From the NCBI GenBank assembly GCA_017406955.1, contig JAFQXM010000007.1, positions 13,743 through 77,742 on the forward strand: a DNA stretch of 64,000 bases, in the 5' to 3' direction. A model generated the notes under the pieces. It saw only the letters and a program-made list of their open reading frames with translations. It was not told where the DNA came from and ran no database searches. The DNA is from Bacilli bacterium. GTDB lineage: Bacteria; Bacillota_I; Bacilli_A; RF39; UBA660. The position numbers and the translations under genes were made by a program. Positions 61,143 to 64,000 of this stretch are shown here, piece by piece (the stretch's first letter is position 1; each line of letters begins with the position of its first letter).

Positions 61143-62495
61143 ATGCCAATAAAAACATTACCAAACAATATAGAAGCAGAACAATCAGTATTAGGATCAT
61201 GTTTTCTATCAAAATATGCATTACAAAAAGCATGTGAAACATTAACGCCTGATTCTTTTTATAGTGATAAAAACGGTAAAATTTTTGCGGCTATGAATGC
61301 TTTAGTAGATGAAAAGACACCAATAGATATAACTACTATTACTAGTTATTTAAAAAACAACAAACAATTAACAGAAGTAGGAGGCGTAGAATATTTAACA
61401 GAAATATTAAACTTTGTACCTACCGCTAGTAACATAGATTATTATATAAAAGATGTAGAAGATACATACATACTTAGAAATTTAATAGAAACCGCAACAG
61501 ATATCGCATCAGATGGATATAAAACAGACGAATCAGTAAATGAGATATTAGATAATTCTGAAAAGAAAATTTTAAATATAGTAAAAAATAGAAGAACAAG
61601 TGAATTTAGAAGTATTAAAGATATTCTAAAGAAAACACAAGAAGATTTAGAAAAATTATCAGAAAGTACAGGGGAAGTAACAGGACTTTCAACAGGTTTC
61701 TATGATCTAGATAAAATAACTACAGGGTTACATGAAAATGAACTTATAATTATTGCGGCTAGACCTGCTATGGGTAAAACTGCATTTGCCTTAAATCTTG
61801 CGACACATATTGCTATGTCACAAGATAAATCAGTTGCTTTATTTAACTTAGAAATGAGTGCTGAACAATTAGCACAAAGAATAATATCTTCTCTAGGACA
61901 ACTAGAAGGATATAAATTAAGAACTGGTAATTTAATGAATAATGATTGGAAAAGAGTTAATGAAGCAGTTTCACAACTTGCTACTACCAATATGGTTATA
62001 GATGATACACCAGGTATTACAATAGGGGAAATAAGAGCTAAATGTAGAAGACTTGCAAGTTCAGAAAATGGATTAAGCGTTGTAATAATTGATTATTTAC
62101 AATTGATTTCAGGCGGAAAGAACTATGGTGCTAATAGACAACAAGAAGTATCAGACATATCAAGAAGTTTAAAAACATTAGCTATGGAGTTAGGTGTACC
62201 AGTAATTGCTTTATCACAATTATCAAGAAGTGTTGAGTCTCGCGAAGATAAAAGACCACTGATGAGCGATTTACGTGAATCAGGATCTATTGAACAAGAT
62301 GCAGATATAGTAGCTTTCTTGTATAGGGATGATTACTACAATAAAGAAGCAAGAACTGATGATAATAATAGTATTAGTGAGCTTATAATAGGAAAGCATC
62401 GTAATGGACCAACCGCAACAATAGAATTACTATTTAAGAAAAACACATCTAAATTTTTAAATCTAAAAAAAGAAAATAGAAAGACGGAGGAATAA
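61143..62495 (+). CDS. dnaB: replicative DNA helicase (DnaB family; DnaC in B. subtilis nomenclature)
   Basis: Walker A AARPAMGKTAFALNLA, H4 motif, arginine finger; 450 aa. Confidence 0.9.
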   Translation: MPIKTLPNNIEAEQSVLGSCFLSKYALQKACETLTPDSFYSDKNGKIFAAMNALVDEKTPIDITTITSYLKNNKQLTEVGGVEYLTEILNFVPTASNIDYYIKDVEDTYILRNLIETATDIASDGYKTDESVNEILDNSEKKILNIVKNRRTSEFRSIKDILKKTQEDLEKLSESTGEVTGLSTGFYDLDKITTGLHENELIIIAARPAMGKTAFALNLATHIAMSQDKSVALFNLEMSAEQLAQRIISSLGQLEGYKLRTGNLMNNDWKRVNEAVSQLATTNMVIDDTPGITIGEIRAKCRRLASSENGLSVVIIDYLQLISGGKNYGANRQQEVSDISRSLKTLAMELGVPVIALSQLSRSVESREDKRPLMSDLRESGSIEQDADIVAFLYRDDYYNKEARTDDNNSISELIIGKHRNGPTATIELLFKKNTSKFLNLKKENRKTEE

Positions 62496-62496
62496 A

Positions 62497-64000
62497 ATGG
62501 GTAACAAAACAATAAAACTAACAACAATTTTATTAATATTATGTATCTTACCTCTAACTTTAGGTCTTTCTAGACCTACTAAAACTCCTAGAACACTATA
62601 TCATATATATTTAAAAGGTAAATCAATAGGTTTAATTAATTCAAAAAAAGAATTAGAGGAATATATTGATAAAAAACAAAAAGAAACTAAAGAAAAATAC
62701 GGAGTAGATAAAGTATATGCTCCAGATGATTTAGATATAGTAAAAGAAACTACTTATAATCATAAAATATCATCAGTAAAAACAATATATAATAAAATAA
62801 AAAATATATCACCTTTTACTATTAATGGATATATTATTACCATAAAAGATACAAATCAAAAAAAATCAAAAAAGAAAAAAGTTAAAAAACAAGTAATATA
62901 TGTATTAGACAAAAAAGTATTTGAGGAGTCAGTAGATAACACAGTTAAATCTTTTGTTTCTAAAGAAGATTATGACGCATATAAAAACAATAAACAAAAA
63001 GAAATAAAAGATATAGGTAAAAAGATAGAAAAAATATATATTAAAAATAAAATTACTATTAAAAAAGGAAATATTCCAGTAAATAAAACAATATATAAAG
63101 ATAAAGAAGCATTAAGCAAATATTTATTATTTGGAACCACAAAAGAACAATCTAAATATAAAGTTAAAGCTGGAGATACTATTAGTGATATAGCCTTTAA
63201 TAACAAAATATCTACAGAAGAATTTTTGATTGCTAATCCTAATTTTACAGATGAAAACAGTCTGTTATATGACGGACAAGAAGTAACGTTAGGTATAATC
63301 AAACCACAATTTAGTGTTGTAGAGGAAGATCACAAGGTTTTTAGAGAAGAAAAAAATTACCAAACAGAAACAAGGTATGATGAATCTAAAGATGTAGGAT
63401 ATAGTGAAATTACTCAAAAAGGTGTTAAAGGAGAAAACAAAGTAACTCAAAAAGTTCAAAAAGTAAATGGAGAAACAGTAAATGTTGTTCCTGTAAACAC
63501 TGAAGTAATAAAGGAACCAGTTACTGAGATCATCGTTAGAGGAGGAAAACAATCTAATAATGGTGGAGACTCTGGAACTTATAATGGTGCCGGATATGGT
63601 GATGTAATTGCTACTAAAGGACAATGGGGATGGCCAGCATCTTGTTCAACAGTATCTAGTGGTTTTGGTTATAGATGGGGAGTATTACATGATGGTACTG
63701 ATATCGCAGGATGCGGATTTGGATCAAACATTTTCGCAGCTCAATCTGGAACAGTAATACAATCAGAATTAAAAGCAGTTAATGGACAATATATTACAAT
63801 TGATCATCATAATGGTTTCTATACAATGTATGCACATCTTTGTACACGCTATGTCTCAGTAGGACAAAATGTAGATAAAGGACAAGTAATTGGAGGAATG
63901 GGGCAAACAGGAGCGGCAACAGGAGTACACTTACACTTTGCTATCTGGCAAGGATACCCATATAGAGGAGGTCACGCTTTAAATGCAATGCAATTCTATT
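62497..64000 (+). CDS. LysM-domain M23 (LytM-type) metallopeptidase, 3'-truncated by window end
   Basis: ATG 62497 after GGAGG; signal-anchor; LysM YKVKAGDTISDIAFNNKIS...; M23 catalytic motifs HDGTDIA, YAHL, HLHFAI. Absent from ORF track (no in-window stop). Confidence 0.75.
   Translation, partial: MGNKTIKLTTILLILCILPLTLGLSRPTKTPRTLYHIYLKGKSIGLINSKKELEEYIDKKQKETKEKYGVDKVYAPDDLDIVKETTYNHKISSVKTIYNKIKNISPFTINGYIITIKDTNQKKSKKKKVKKQVIYVLDKKVFEESVDNTVKSFVSKEDYDAYKNNKQKEIKDIGKKIEKIYIKNKITIKKGNIPVNKTIYKDKEALSKYLLFGTTKEQSKYKVKAGDTISDIAFNNKISTEEFLIANPNFTDENSLLYDGQEVTLGIIKPQFSVVEEDHKVFREEKNYQTETRYDESKDVGYSEITQKGVKGENKVTQKVQKVNGETVNVVPVNTEVIKEPVTEIIVRGGKQSNNGGDSGTYNGAGYGDVIATKGQWGWPASCSTVSSGFGYRWGVLHDGTDIAGCGFGSNIFAAQSGTVIQSELKAVNGQYITIDHHNGFYTMYAHLCTRYVSVGQNVDKGQVIGGMGQTGAATGVHLHFAIWQGYPYRGGHALNAMQFY

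Noticed and set aside
62970-63624. Minus-strand ORFs 62970..63302 and 63289..63624
   Set aside because: Antisense to a clearly coding LysM-M23 peptidase gene on the plus strand; low-complexity I/F/S-rich translation.
1-64000. CRISPR arrays, rRNA, tRNA, transposase/integrase genes
   Set aside because: No regularly spaced direct repeats, no rRNA- or tRNA-like GC-rich structured segments, and no transposase or integrase-like ORFs were seen in any intergenic gap or frame.

Overview
This window is the chromosomal replication-origin neighbourhood of a very AT-rich, spore-forming Firmicute, with Bacillus/Clostridium-type synteny. All calls below come from reading the six-frame translations and the DNA; no database search was run.

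On the minus strand the gene order is sigH, rlmB, mrnC, cysS, clpC-like, yfcC-like, lysS, RDD, dusB, mscL, ftsH, tilS, divIC, yabQ, yabP, spoVG, veg, yabG, ksgA, a SipW-like peptidase island, 3D-domain protein, tatD, metG (with a T-box leader), spoVT, mfd, pth, rsmI, yabB-like methyltransferase, ricT/yaaT, holB, bofA, recR, ybaB, dnaX, tadA, ffs (SRP RNA), gyrA, gyrB, recF, comK-like, dnaN, dnaA. A bipartite oriC with DnaA-box clusters flanks dnaA. On the plus strand the order is rpmH, rnpA, yidC, jag, mnmE, mnmG, rsmG, noc-like, soj, spo0J, DUF951, abgT-like, then a divergent AraC/T4CP pair, ychF, rpsF-ssb-rpsR, a DHH protein, rplI, dnaB, and a partial LysM-M23 peptidase. No rRNA, tRNA, CRISPR, integrase or transposase was recognised.

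The most unusual content:
- A MarA-like AraC regulator divergent from an orphan, soluble VirD4/TraG-type coupling-protein ATPase (55485..57355).
- A SipW-type signal peptidase with two tandem paralogous membrane-anchored proteins where Bacillus has rnmV (17726..19609).
- A ComK-family gene between dnaN and recF (40908..41363).
- A triplicated CACGTG-centred palindrome array upstream of the SRP RNA (35071..35232).
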